From the NCBI GenBank assembly GCA_902623545.1, contig CACNUI010000003.1, positions 36,436-100,435 on the forward strand: a stretch of DNA of 64,000 bases, given 5' to 3'. Below the pieces are notes generated by a model. That model was not told the DNA's origin. It searched no databases and saw only the letters and a program-made list of their open reading frames with translations. The DNA comes from an uncultured Alphaproteobacteria bacterium. GTDB lineage: Bacteria; Pseudomonadota; Alphaproteobacteria; HIMB59; GCA-002718135. The position numbers and the translations under genes are program-made. This document shows, piece after piece, positions 55,283 through 64,000 of the stretch (positions are counted from its first letter, which is position 1; each line of letters begins with the position of its first letter).

Positions 55283-56220
55283 AAAATTTACATAAGTCAG
55301 TAATGATTAATGAAATAATATCTTTTCTTCCATTAACAAGATCTATAAATATAATAGATGCAACTTTTGGTGGTGGTGGCTATACAAAAACTATTCTTGA
55401 AAAATTTAATGTAAATCAATTGTTAGCAATAGATAGGGATCCAATTTCAAAAATATTTGCAAAAGAAATAGAATCCAAATTTTCAAATTTTACTCTTATA
55501 AATGATAAATTCAGTAGAATTGAAGAAATAGTAAATAATTCAAAGTTTAAAGATAAAAAATTTGACATAATTCTTTTTGATATAGGTACAAGTTCAAATC
55601 AAATAGATAATGCGCAAAGAGGTTTTTCATTCAACAAATCTGGACCACTTGATATGCGCATGGGTGCTTCAGATAAAAATGCCTATGATATAATTAATAA
55701 TTATGAAGAAAAAAATTTAGCTGACATAATTTATCAATATGGAGAAGAACGTTATTCAAGAGTTATTGCAAAAGAAATAGTAAAAAAAAGAAAAATCAAA
55801 TTTATAAGTGACACGATAGAATTATCAAACATTATTAAAAAATGTTTACCAAAAAAAAATAATCAATTAAAAAACAAGACTCATCCAGCTACAAAAACAT
55901 TTCAGGCAATTAGAATTTATGTAAATGATGAGTTAAGTGAATTAAAGACGAGTCTAGAAAAAACTTTAAAAATTTTAAATAAAGATGGTTTAATTTTAGT
56001 AGTTTCTTTCCAAAGTCTAGAAGATAGAATTGTGAAAGATTTTTTTAACCACAATAGTGGTAAACGATGGCGTTCCTCCCGCCACTACCCGGAGTTACCT
56101 GATAAACTGGCAACTCAACTAAAAATAATCACCAAAAAACCAATATTGCCATCAGCTTCTGAGATTTTAGAAAATCCCAGATCTAGATCAGCAAAACTTC
56201 GGGTAGCTCAGAAAATTTAA
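55279..56220 (+). CDS. rsmH: 16S rRNA (cytosine1402-N4)-methyltransferase
   Basis: 313 aa with DATFGGGGYT, FDIGTSSNQID and PATKTFQAIRIYVN motifs. Confidence 0.95.
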   Translation: MKNLHKSVMINEIISFLPLTRSINIIDATFGGGGYTKTILEKFNVNQLLAIDRDPISKIFAKEIESKFSNFTLINDKFSRIEEIVNNSKFKDKKFDIILFDIGTSSNQIDNAQRGFSFNKSGPLDMRMGASDKNAYDIINNYEEKNLADIIYQYGEERYSRVIAKEIVKKRKIKFISDTIELSNIIKKCLPKKNNQLKNKTHPATKTFQAIRIYVNDELSELKTSLEKTLKILNKDGLILVVSFQSLEDRIVKDFFNHNSGKRWRSSRHYPELPDKLATQLKIITKKPILPSASEILENPRSRSAKLRVAQKI

Positions 56221-56222
56221 TA

Positions 56223-56537
56223 ATGAAGTATACTAAATCAATTATATTCTTTTTAATTCTAAATTTAATACTGGTTTTTTCAATGATTTTTATTGCTAAC
56301 AATACAAGAGAAATCGAAAAAAATAATCTTAATTTGAAAATGAATATTTCTAAGATTTCTGAAAACTTAAAAATCAATAAGATTGAACTAGCTGCTCATC
56401 AAAATAGCTCATATTTAAAAAAACTATATGAATTGTATTTTGATGAAACTCAAAACAATAAAGTTCCTCTTATTGTAGAAATGAAAGAACTTTCAAATCA
56501 AGATAAAAATATCAAGCTTGTTAGTTCAAATAATTAA
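56223..56537 (+). CDS. ftsL: Cell division protein FtsL-like (single TM + coiled coil)
   Basis: 104 aa with an N-terminal TM helix. The call rests mainly on its position between rsmH and ftsI. Confidence 0.65.
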   Translation: MKYTKSIIFFLILNLILVFSMIFIANNTREIEKNNLNLKMNISKISENLKINKIELAAHQNSSYLKKLYELYFDETQNNKVPLIVEMKELSNQDKNIKLVSSNN

Positions 56538-56540
56538 TTA

Positions 56541-58190
56541 ATGTTAAGTAAACTAAAATTATTTGATAGTGATTCTTTAAAATTACTTCATAGAAGAGTT
56601 TTCTTTTCAATTACAATTTTTATCTTTGTCTATTTTATTTCTATTTATAGAATCTCGTCAATTATGCTCTTTCCTGATCTGAATGATGATACAACTAATT
56701 ATATAAAAAAAGATATTAGGGGTAGTATTTATGATAGGAATGGAAATATAATTGCTACTTCAATTGAAAGTATCTCTTTGTCAATTAACCCTAATAAGAT
56801 TAAAAATAAAAATGAACTTGCCAATAAATTGGGATTAATTCTTGATTTAGATATAAAAAAATTAGAAAAAAAATTATTATCAACAAGTAAATTTATTTGG
56901 ATAAAAAGAAATATATCTCCAGTTGAATATCAAGAAATAATTAATCTTGGCGAAATAAACATCAAAGCACATAAGGAATTTAAAAGAATATATCCTTATA
57001 AGAATACGTTGTCACATATTCTTGGATATGTAGATATTGATCAAATTGGTCAGAGTGGAATTGAGAGGTATTTTGAAAATGATCTCTCAAAATCAAAAGA
57101 TATAAATATTAGCTTAGATGTTAATTTACAGCAGTTGGTTAGAGAAAATCTTTTAAAAACCATAAATAATTATAAAGCTGAATCTGGTTTAGCTATAGTT
57201 ATGGATATTACTAACGGTCAAATCTTATCATCAGTAAGTTTACCTGATTATAATCCTGAGGACAAATCCTCATATAATAAGAATAATTTAATGAATAGAG
57301 TTTTTCAGTCTAATTATGAAATGGGATCAACTTTCAAACCAATCACTGCAACTATAGGATTTGATTTAGATATTTTAGATCCTCAAATGACTTTTGATGT
57401 TACAAAAAAATATTTAAATATTAGTGATCATGATAAATATAAAGATAATGGCATTTATGATGTTGAAAAAATAATTGTTGAGTCATCAAATATTGGTACT
57501 GCGCAGATTGCTACTCTGATTGGAAAAAAAAATCAAAAAGAATTTTTTGAAAAAATAGGTTTTAATAAAAAAATAAATATAGAAAATAAAGAAAGTGCAG
57601 CCCCTTTAGGAAACATAAATAATTGGGGTAAGTTAGAAACAGCAACTATAGGATTTGGTCATGGATTTGCAATTACACCTCTTCATTTAGTTAAAGCTTA
57701 CGCTTCATTAGCGAATAATGGGAATGAGGTTTTTCCTACACTTCAATTAAACAAACAATTTGAACAAAAACAAATTTTTAATAATAAAGAATCATCTAAA
57801 TTCTTTATCAATTTATTAAATTCTGTTGTTCTCAAAACTGAATATACTGGTCCCAGAATAAAAGTAGATGGTTATTCTGTAGGTGGGAAAACGGGAACAT
57901 CAGAATTACTTAATCCAAATGGTGGATATTATAAGGATAGAAACTTAACCTCATTTATTGGAATATTCCCAACAAATAATCCACAATATGTAATTTACAC
58001 TGCTATTGAGTACCCAAAAAAGGAAACAGGCACTAAACAAAGAATGACTGGAGCGAGAGTAAATGCACCCTTGGTAAAAGATATTATTATTAATATTATA
58101 AGACTCTTTAATATTTCAAAAGATAAAAATGATGAACTTCTAAAAGTAGACACAAATTTTTTATATAGAAAATTAAATGCTACTGTCTAA
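56541..58190 (+). CDS. ftsI: Peptidoglycan D,D-transpeptidase FtsI (PBP3)
   Basis: 549 aa with SxxK (GSTFKP), SxN (ESSNIG) and KTG (GGKTGTS) motifs. Confidence 0.93.
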   Translation: MLSKLKLFDSDSLKLLHRRVFFSITIFIFVYFISIYRISSIMLFPDLNDDTTNYIKKDIRGSIYDRNGNIIATSIESISLSINPNKIKNKNELANKLGLILDLDIKKLEKKLLSTSKFIWIKRNISPVEYQEIINLGEINIKAHKEFKRIYPYKNTLSHILGYVDIDQIGQSGIERYFENDLSKSKDINISLDVNLQQLVRENLLKTINNYKAESGLAIVMDITNGQILSSVSLPDYNPEDKSSYNKNNLMNRVFQSNYEMGSTFKPITATIGFDLDILDPQMTFDVTKKYLNISDHDKYKDNGIYDVEKIIVESSNIGTAQIATLIGKKNQKEFFEKIGFNKKINIENKESAAPLGNINNWGKLETATIGFGHGFAITPLHLVKAYASLANNGNEVFPTLQLNKQFEQKQIFNNKESSKFFINLLNSVVLKTEYTGPRIKVDGYSVGGKTGTSELLNPNGGYYKDRNLTSFIGIFPTNNPQYVIYTAIEYPKKETGTKQRMTGARVNAPLVKDIIINIIRLFNISKDKNDELLKVDTNFLYRKLNATV

Positions 58191-59595
58191 TTTATCAAAA
58201 ATTATAAGAGTAAATAAAACTTACAACTTTAATAAAAATAATTATTTCTCTGCAATTACCTCTAATTCAAAATTCACTAATAACAAAACATTGTTTGTTT
58301 ATGATAAAAATACAAAAGTAAAAAAGATTTATTTAGATGAAGTAGTTAAGAATAAAACTCCTGCTATAATTTCAAATAAATATATTAAAAACTTAAAAAT
58401 TCCTCAATTTGTTGTATCTAATATTAATTATGAGAGATATTATTTATTAAGTAAGCTTCATAATACTCTTCCCTTTAAAACGATAGCGGTTACAGGTACA
58501 AATGGAAAGACATCAGTTGTTTGGTATATTTCAAAAATTCTTAATTCACTTAAATACAACAATACAACGGTCGGTACCTTAGGGCATTTTATAAACGGAA
58601 AAAAAATAAATGATATAAATTTAACAACACCTGCTTATGAGGAATTATTTAGATATGGATCTTCGAATAAAAAAGAAAAAAATATTTATATTTTTGAAGC
58701 CTCAAGTCATGCTTTAGAACAAAACAGATTAAAAAATTATCCTATAAATATTGCAGCTATTACAAACATTTCAAAAGATCATCTTGATTACCATAAAACA
58801 TTCTCAAATTATAAAAAATCTAAAATTAAACTTTTTTCTAATCATTTAGCAAATAGTGGATTTGCTGTAGTTAATTCAAGATTAAACATCTTATCTGAAT
58901 TAAAAAAAACATTGATAAAAAAAAACGTACAATTTAAATATTTTGGAAATAAAAATATTAAATTAATTAAAATCAATGATTGTGTATATTTGAATATAAA
59001 CAATACAAAATATAAACTAAAAAATTTAAAACTTAAAACAAATATAGAATTAGAAAATTTAGAATGTGCAATTACTTGTTGCTTAGCACTTAATATTAGT
59101 CAAAGTAAAATTATAAGAGTATTATCAAAAGTTACAAATCCTTCAGGTCGTTTGGAAACAATTGAGTATAAGAAAAAAAAATCAAAAATTATTATTGATT
59201 ATGCACATACACCAGATGCTTTAAAAAAAATTCTACTTGCTTATAAAATCAAAAGAATGAAACCATCAATTTTATTTGGTTGTGGTGGTAATAGAGATAA
59301 AAGTAAGCGAAAATCTATGGCATTAATTGCAAATAAATATGCTGATAAAATTTATATAACGGATGACAATCCTAGAAACGAAAATCCATCTAAAATAAGG
59401 AAAAATATCCTAAATTATTGCCCTAGAGCTATAGAAGTATCTGATAGAAGAAAAGCAATTAAATTAGCTATTAAAGAATTAAAAATGAATGAAATTTTAA
59501 TAGTAGCAGGTAAAGGGCACGAAAAATTTCAAGTTTTAAAACATAAAACAATTAAGTTGGATGATTTTACAGTTGTGAAACAATTATTAAATTAA
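58177..59595 (+). CDS. murE: UDP-N-acetylmuramoyl-L-alanyl-D-glutamate--2,6-diaminopimelate ligase
   Basis: 472 aa with GTNGKTS and the DAP-specificity motif DNPR (TDDNPRNE). Confidence 0.92.
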   Translation: MLLSNLSKIIRVNKTYNFNKNNYFSAITSNSKFTNNKTLFVYDKNTKVKKIYLDEVVKNKTPAIISNKYIKNLKIPQFVVSNINYERYYLLSKLHNTLPFKTIAVTGTNGKTSVVWYISKILNSLKYNNTTVGTLGHFINGKKINDINLTTPAYEELFRYGSSNKKEKNIYIFEASSHALEQNRLKNYPINIAAITNISKDHLDYHKTFSNYKKSKIKLFSNHLANSGFAVVNSRLNILSELKKTLIKKNVQFKYFGNKNIKLIKINDCVYLNINNTKYKLKNLKLKTNIELENLECAITCCLALNISQSKIIRVLSKVTNPSGRLETIEYKKKKSKIIIDYAHTPDALKKILLAYKIKRMKPSILFGCGGNRDKSKRKSMALIANKYADKIYITDDNPRNENPSKIRKNILNYCPRAIEVSDRRKAIKLAIKELKMNEILIVAGKGHEKFQVLKHKTIKLDDFTVVKQLLN

Positions 59596-60959
59596 TGATC
59601 GAATTAAATCAATTAGAGAAATATATAATATCTAAAAAAGATAAAATTCAAATATCAAGTAAAGATATCAAAAGTGGTGATATATTTCTTGCTTTAAAAG
59701 GTAAAAGGTTTCATGGAAATAAGTTTTTGAATGAAGCAATAGATAAAGGTGCAAAATTTTGTGTAACTGATAATAAAAATTTCAAAGAAAATAAAAAAAT
59801 TTTATATGTAAATAATATTTATAAATATCTTTCAAAAATAGCAAAAACGAAACGAGATTTATATAAAGGTAAAGTAATAGGCATTACTGGCAGTGCTGGT
59901 AAAACTACTTTAAAGGAAACTTTAGCATTTTTCTTAAAAAAAGATCATATCATTTCTTACTCAAAGAAAAGTTATAATAATCAGTTAGGTGTATTAATTT
60001 CTTTACTAAATTTAAATTTAAAATCAAATTTTGCAATTTTTGAAATTGGAACAAATAATTTTGGTGAGATAAAATTTCTTAGTAATTTAGTCAAACCGTC
60101 AGAGGTATTTATTACAAATATACAATCTACTCATCTTGAAAATTTTCAAACTAAAAATAATATTGCCAGAGAAAAAGCTGATATATTTATTTCTAAATAT
60201 AATAATAATAGGGAAAAGCTATATCTCAACGTTACTTCTAAATCTGAAAATATTTTAATCACAAAAGCAAAAAAAGAAAAAAATCTTAAAATAATTCGTA
60301 TTGATAATTCCTCAAAAAAATATTTTATTAAAAAAATATCTCCCTATAAAAAATTGCATAAAGTAACTTTATCAATTAATAAAAAACAGGTTAACATAGT
60401 TACTAATGCAATAGTAATGCATAGATTAAATAACTTATTATTTTGTCTTGCTTTTTATAATGAAAATTCTCTGAACATTAAATCAGTTGTAAATCGTTTC
60501 AAGTCTTTAAAACCAGTGGAAGGTAGGGGATTAATTCATAAAATTTCTTTAAACAAAAAAAAAATAAATATTATTGATGAATCTTATAATGCTAATCCTG
60601 ATACAATGTTGCAAAGTATAAAGAACTTAGAAAATATCAAAGTAAAAAATAATAAAAAAATAATAATTCTAGGTACAATGAATGAATTAGGAAATAATTC
60701 TTACAAAATTCATTATAAATTACTACAACAATTAGACGATACTATTTTTAAATTTGTAATTTTATGTGGCGAATTCTTTGAATTATCTGTAAAAAATTTA
60801 AATCCAAATAATGAATTTATCCATTTTAAAAATACGAACAAAATTATGCAATTTTTAAAAGAGAAAGTGCATAATAATGACATTATTTTAATTAAATGTT
60901 CTAATTCGACAAAAATAAATAAGTTTGCAAAAATATTATTAAAACAGGTATCGATTTGA
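59595..60959 (+). CDS. murF: UDP-N-acetylmuramoyl-tripeptide--D-alanyl-D-alanine ligase
   Basis: 454 aa with GITGSAGKTT and IDESYNANPDTM motifs. Confidence 0.92.
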   Translation: MIELNQLEKYIISKKDKIQISSKDIKSGDIFLALKGKRFHGNKFLNEAIDKGAKFCVTDNKNFKENKKILYVNNIYKYLSKIAKTKRDLYKGKVIGITGSAGKTTLKETLAFFLKKDHIISYSKKSYNNQLGVLISLLNLNLKSNFAIFEIGTNNFGEIKFLSNLVKPSEVFITNIQSTHLENFQTKNNIAREKADIFISKYNNNREKLYLNVTSKSENILITKAKKEKNLKIIRIDNSSKKYFIKKISPYKKLHKVTLSINKKQVNIVTNAIVMHRLNNLLFCLAFYNENSLNIKSVVNRFKSLKPVEGRGLIHKISLNKKKINIIDESYNANPDTMLQSIKNLENIKVKNNKKIIILGTMNELGNNSYKIHYKLLQQLDDTIFKFVILCGEFFELSVKNLNPNNEFIHFKNTNKIMQFLKEKVHNNDIILIKCSNSTKINKFAKILLKQVSI

Positions 60960-62044
60960 TTAAATATTTGGCCTTTGAATACCAATCTTTATTTAGTTTT
61001 CTAAATATTTTTAGCTATATAACATTTAGAGCTGGCGCCTCTATTCTTACTGGATTATTTTTTTCTCTCATATTTGGAAATTATATTATTAACAAATTGT
61101 CAAATGTTCAGCCAACTGGTCAGCCAATAAGAGATGATGGTCCAGAGTCACATATAATTGCAAAAAAAGGTACTCCTACAATGGGTGGCCTGTTGATTAT
61201 TCTAAGTGTTTTTGTTTCAACAATTATTTGGGCTGATTTACAAAATATTTTTATATGGATTTTACTTTTAACTATTTTAATCTTTGGATCTATTGGTTTT
61301 GCAGATGATTACAGTAAAATTAAATCAAATACAAGTAAGGGTATTTCATCAAAAATAAGAATTATATTTCAAATAATTTTTTCTTTTTTCATTACATATT
61401 TAATTCTTATCAATTTAGATCCAAGTATAAGCAAATCTATGACATTTCCTTTCTTTAAAAATTTAATTATAGATTTTGGAATATTTTATTTTCTAATTTC
61501 CATATTTATAATTATTGGATCAGCTAATGCTGTAAATCTAACGGATGGACTGGATGGTTTAGCAATTGTCCCTGTAATGATAGTTGCTATGTCTTTTGCT
61601 TTCATAGCTTATATATCAGGCAATATAGTTTTCTCTAATTATTTACTTATCCAATATATTCCTGGAACTGGTGAATTAGCTGTTTTTTGTGGTTCTTTAA
61701 TTGGAGCTGCTTTAGGTTTTCTATGGTTTAACGCACCACCAGCTAAAGTTTTTATGGGTGATACTGGATCTTTGGCATTGGGAGGCTCTTTAGGCTCATT
61801 AGCAATAATTTGCAAACATGAAATTCTTCTTGCTATAATAGGAGGGTTATTTGTTCTAGAAACCTTATCTGTTTTAATTCAAGTATTTATTTTTAAAATT
61901 ACGGGAAAAAGAGTTTTTTTAATGGCTCCACTACATCATCATTTTGAAAAAAAAGGATGGCCTGAGTCAACAATAGTTATACGTTTTTGGATAATTACTA
62001 TTGTATTAGCTTTAATAGGTCTAGCAACTTTGAGAATTAGATAA
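60956..62044 (+). CDS. mraY: Phospho-N-acetylmuramoyl-pentapeptide transferase
   Basis: 362 aa with NAVNLTDGLDGLA, FMGDTGSLALGG and PLHHHFE motifs. Confidence 0.96.
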   Translation: MIKYLAFEYQSLFSFLNIFSYITFRAGASILTGLFFSLIFGNYIINKLSNVQPTGQPIRDDGPESHIIAKKGTPTMGGLLIILSVFVSTIIWADLQNIFIWILLLTILIFGSIGFADDYSKIKSNTSKGISSKIRIIFQIIFSFFITYLILINLDPSISKSMTFPFFKNLIIDFGIFYFLISIFIIIGSANAVNLTDGLDGLAIVPVMIVAMSFAFIAYISGNIVFSNYLLIQYIPGTGELAVFCGSLIGAALGFLWFNAPPAKVFMGDTGSLALGGSLGSLAIICKHEILLAIIGGLFVLETLSVLIQVFIFKITGKRVFLMAPLHHHFEKKGWPESTIVIRFWIITIVLALIGLATLRIR

Positions 62045-63360
62045 TGTATTTAATTTATGGAATTCAAAAATCAGGACTTTCTATAGTAAATTATTTTGAA
62101 AATAAAAAAATAAAATTTAAGATGTGGGATGATAACCCGATAGTAAGAAAAGCTATAAAAAAAAATTATAATAAAGATTATTTTTTTAATATTAACAAAG
62201 ATAATTTGAATGATTTTGAAAAAATTTTCGTTAGTCCTGGAATATCTTTAAGACAAAAAAAATTTCAAAGAAAAAATATATCTAAAAAAGTAAATAGAGA
62301 CTTAAATCTATATATTTCAAATTTAACAAATCAAAAAATTGTAGCTATTACTGGTACAAATGGTAAATCAACAACAACTAAATTAATAGGAGATATTTTA
62401 AAAAAAAATAAAATTAACACATTTGTTGGTGGCAATATTGGAGAATCATTATGTAATGCTTTTCTTTTAAAAAAAAAATATAATGTTCATGTTATCGAAT
62501 TAAGCTCTTTTCAATTAGAAACTGTTAAGTCACTTGATAGTAAAATATCAGTAATAACAAATTTATCTGGTGATCATTTAGATAGGTACAAAAGTATAAG
62601 CGATTATATTAATCAGAAAAAAAATATTATTTCTAAAAATGGAATTAATCTGATATCCATTGATGATATTTATTCAAGAAAGATATTTAATCAAAAAAAA
62701 ATAAAAAATAAAATTAGTTTTTCTTTAGTAGATAAATCAGCTGATTGTTTTGCTAATAATGATTATATTTTAGATAATTACTTCAAAAAAGGCAGGAAAT
62801 TATTTATAAAAAAAATTTCAAAAGATTTAGAGGGTCAATTTAATATCCAAAATATTTTAATAGCATACATATGCAGCAAAATATTAAAACTTCCAGAAAC
62901 AAATTTTTTTAAGGTTATTAGAACATTTAAGGGCCTACCATTTAGATCATCTACAATTTTTACAAACAATAAATTAAAAATAGTAAATAATAGTAAATCG
63001 ACTAATTTAAATTCAACAATAAATTCAATAGTAAATTACAATAATATTTACCTAATATTAGGAGGTATCGCTAAAGAAAAAAATTTTGAAATTCTTCTAA
63101 AATATAAAAATAAAATTAAATGTGTTTATACTTATGGTAAATCTCGATCTTTTATTGAAAAAAAATTGAAAAAAGAATTAGTTGTAAAAAGGTCAGAAAA
63201 TTTAAAATTAGTTATAAAAAAAACTCTCGAGGATATTAAAAAAGATTCAAATAAATCAACTATATTGTTTGCCCCTGCGTGTGCCTCTTATGATCAATAC
63301 AAAAATTTTGAAGAAAGAGGTACGCATTTTAATGAATTAATTAAAAAAAGTTTAAATTGA
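62044..63360 (+). CDS. murD: UDP-N-acetylmuramoylalanine--D-glutamate ligase
   Basis: 438 aa with ITGTNGKSTT and SPACASYDQYKNFEERG-like (APACASYDQYKNFEERG) motifs. Confidence 0.93.
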   Translation: MYLIYGIQKSGLSIVNYFENKKIKFKMWDDNPIVRKAIKKNYNKDYFFNINKDNLNDFEKIFVSPGISLRQKKFQRKNISKKVNRDLNLYISNLTNQKIVAITGTNGKSTTTKLIGDILKKNKINTFVGGNIGESLCNAFLLKKKYNVHVIELSSFQLETVKSLDSKISVITNLSGDHLDRYKSISDYINQKKNIISKNGINLISIDDIYSRKIFNQKKIKNKISFSLVDKSADCFANNDYILDNYFKKGRKLFIKKISKDLEGQFNIQNILIAYICSKILKLPETNFFKVIRTFKGLPFRSSTIFTNNKLKIVNNSKSTNLNSTINSIVNYNNIYLILGGIAKEKNFEILLKYKNKIKCVYTYGKSRSFIEKKLKKELVVKRSENLKLVIKKTLEDIKKDSNKSTILFAPACASYDQYKNFEERGTHFNELIKKSLN

Positions 63361-63362
63361 CT

Positions 63363-64000
63363 ATGGAATATTTTAAGAATTGGTGGGGCTCAATTGATAG
63401 AATTAACATAATATTAATATTAGCATTGGGTTTTACGGGATTAATTCTTTCATTTTCCATAGATGAAAATTTATCCATAAATAGACACTCTATTTTTTTC
63501 CTTTTTTCAATTTTTTTACTTATTGTACTATCAGACTTAGATAGCAAAAATATAAGAAGGATTTCATTATTTTTATTTGTTATTTTATTATTAATAATAC
63601 TTCTAATACTTTTTTTAGATTACGAAGTTAAAGGTGCTAAGAGATGGTTCCAAATATTTAACTTTACACTTCAGCCATCAGAGATAATTAAGCCCATTTT
63701 CGTCATATTGACAGCATGGTGTATAACTAAATCAATAGAAGATAAAAAATTTTATTTACCTCTACTGTTTGTTTTTTTCTTCTTACTTTTAACTTTAATA
63801 CTAATGCAACCTGATTTGGGAATGACAGTATTGCTATCAGCAACTTTTTTTTGCCAGTTATTTGTTGCTGGTCTATCAATTTTTTTAGTTATTATTGCAT
63901 TTCTATTTATATTAGGAATTTCAATTTTTTCTTATTTTATTTTTGATCATGTTCAATCAAGAATAAATTCATTTCTTGGTGGATTAGGAGGAACTGACAC
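63363..64000 (+). CDS. ftsW: Cell division peptidoglycan polymerase FtsW (SEDS family), 5' part; runs off the window end
   Basis: Hand-translated from ATG 63363 with no stop before 64000. A multi-TM protein with LQPSEIIKP and MQPDLG motifs. Absent from the track because it is truncated. Confidence 0.88.
   Translation, partial: MEYFKNWWGSIDRINIILILALGFTGLILSFSIDENLSINRHSIFFLFSIFLLIVLSDLDSKNIRRISLFLFVILLLIILLILFLDYEVKGAKRWFQIFNFTLQPSEIIKPIFVILTAWCITKSIEDKKFYLPLLFVFFFLLLTLILMQPDLGMTVLLSATFFCQLFVAGLSIFLVIIAFLFILGISIFSYFIFDHVQSRINSFLGGLGGTD

Overview
The window is a very AT-rich, tightly packed chromosomal segment. Composition, alphaproteobacterial gene order, spacers of 0-30 nt and frequent ATGA or 1-nt overlaps suggest a streamlined marine alphaproteobacterium of the SAR11/Pelagibacter type; this is inference, since no search was possible. 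Almost all of it is core housekeeping. In order: bolA, a CBS/CorC protein, aroB-aroK, accA, secA, argJ, ubiG, lysC, a rodZ-like gene, ispG, hisS, prfA-prmC, an M23 peptidase, tRNA-Val, ispA, guaC, a GGT-family protein, rpmJ, trxB, greA, carB-carA, dnaG-rpoD, tRNA(CAT), mlaC-mlaA, uvrD, ligA, bamD, an ampD-like amidase, RNase P RNA, and the dcw cluster from mraZ to ftsW. I found no CRISPR array, integrase, transposase, toxin-antitoxin pair or recognisable defence gene. The only accessory-looking block is an 8-gene carbohydrate operon at 39.0-47.1 kb, just after tRNA(CAT). It encodes a CUT1 binding protein, two permeases, a class II aldolase, two Gfo/Idh/MocA oxidoreductases, an aldo-keto reductase and a xylose-isomerase-like TIM-barrel protein. 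It has no ATPase, kinase or regulator gene. Observations most worth a second look: (1) rpoD has no canonical in-frame start, and its region 1.1 is offset by +1 from the only upstream ATG inside a field of A7-A9 runs. (2) The orphan oxidoreductive sugar operon. (3) Four phased TGGGN (MraZ-box-like) repeats abut the mraZ ATG, directly downstream of rnpB. (4) A perfect 2 x 22 bp tandem repeat carrying TTGACT lies between carB and greA. (5) greA, an ELM1/DUF1022-like gene and a 2OG-oxygenase-like gene form an overlapping string. Two small genes missing from the ORF track are added (rpmJ and a 42-codon membrane micro-ORF), plus two truncated edge genes. Functional calls rest on motif recognition in the supplied translations, not on database searches.
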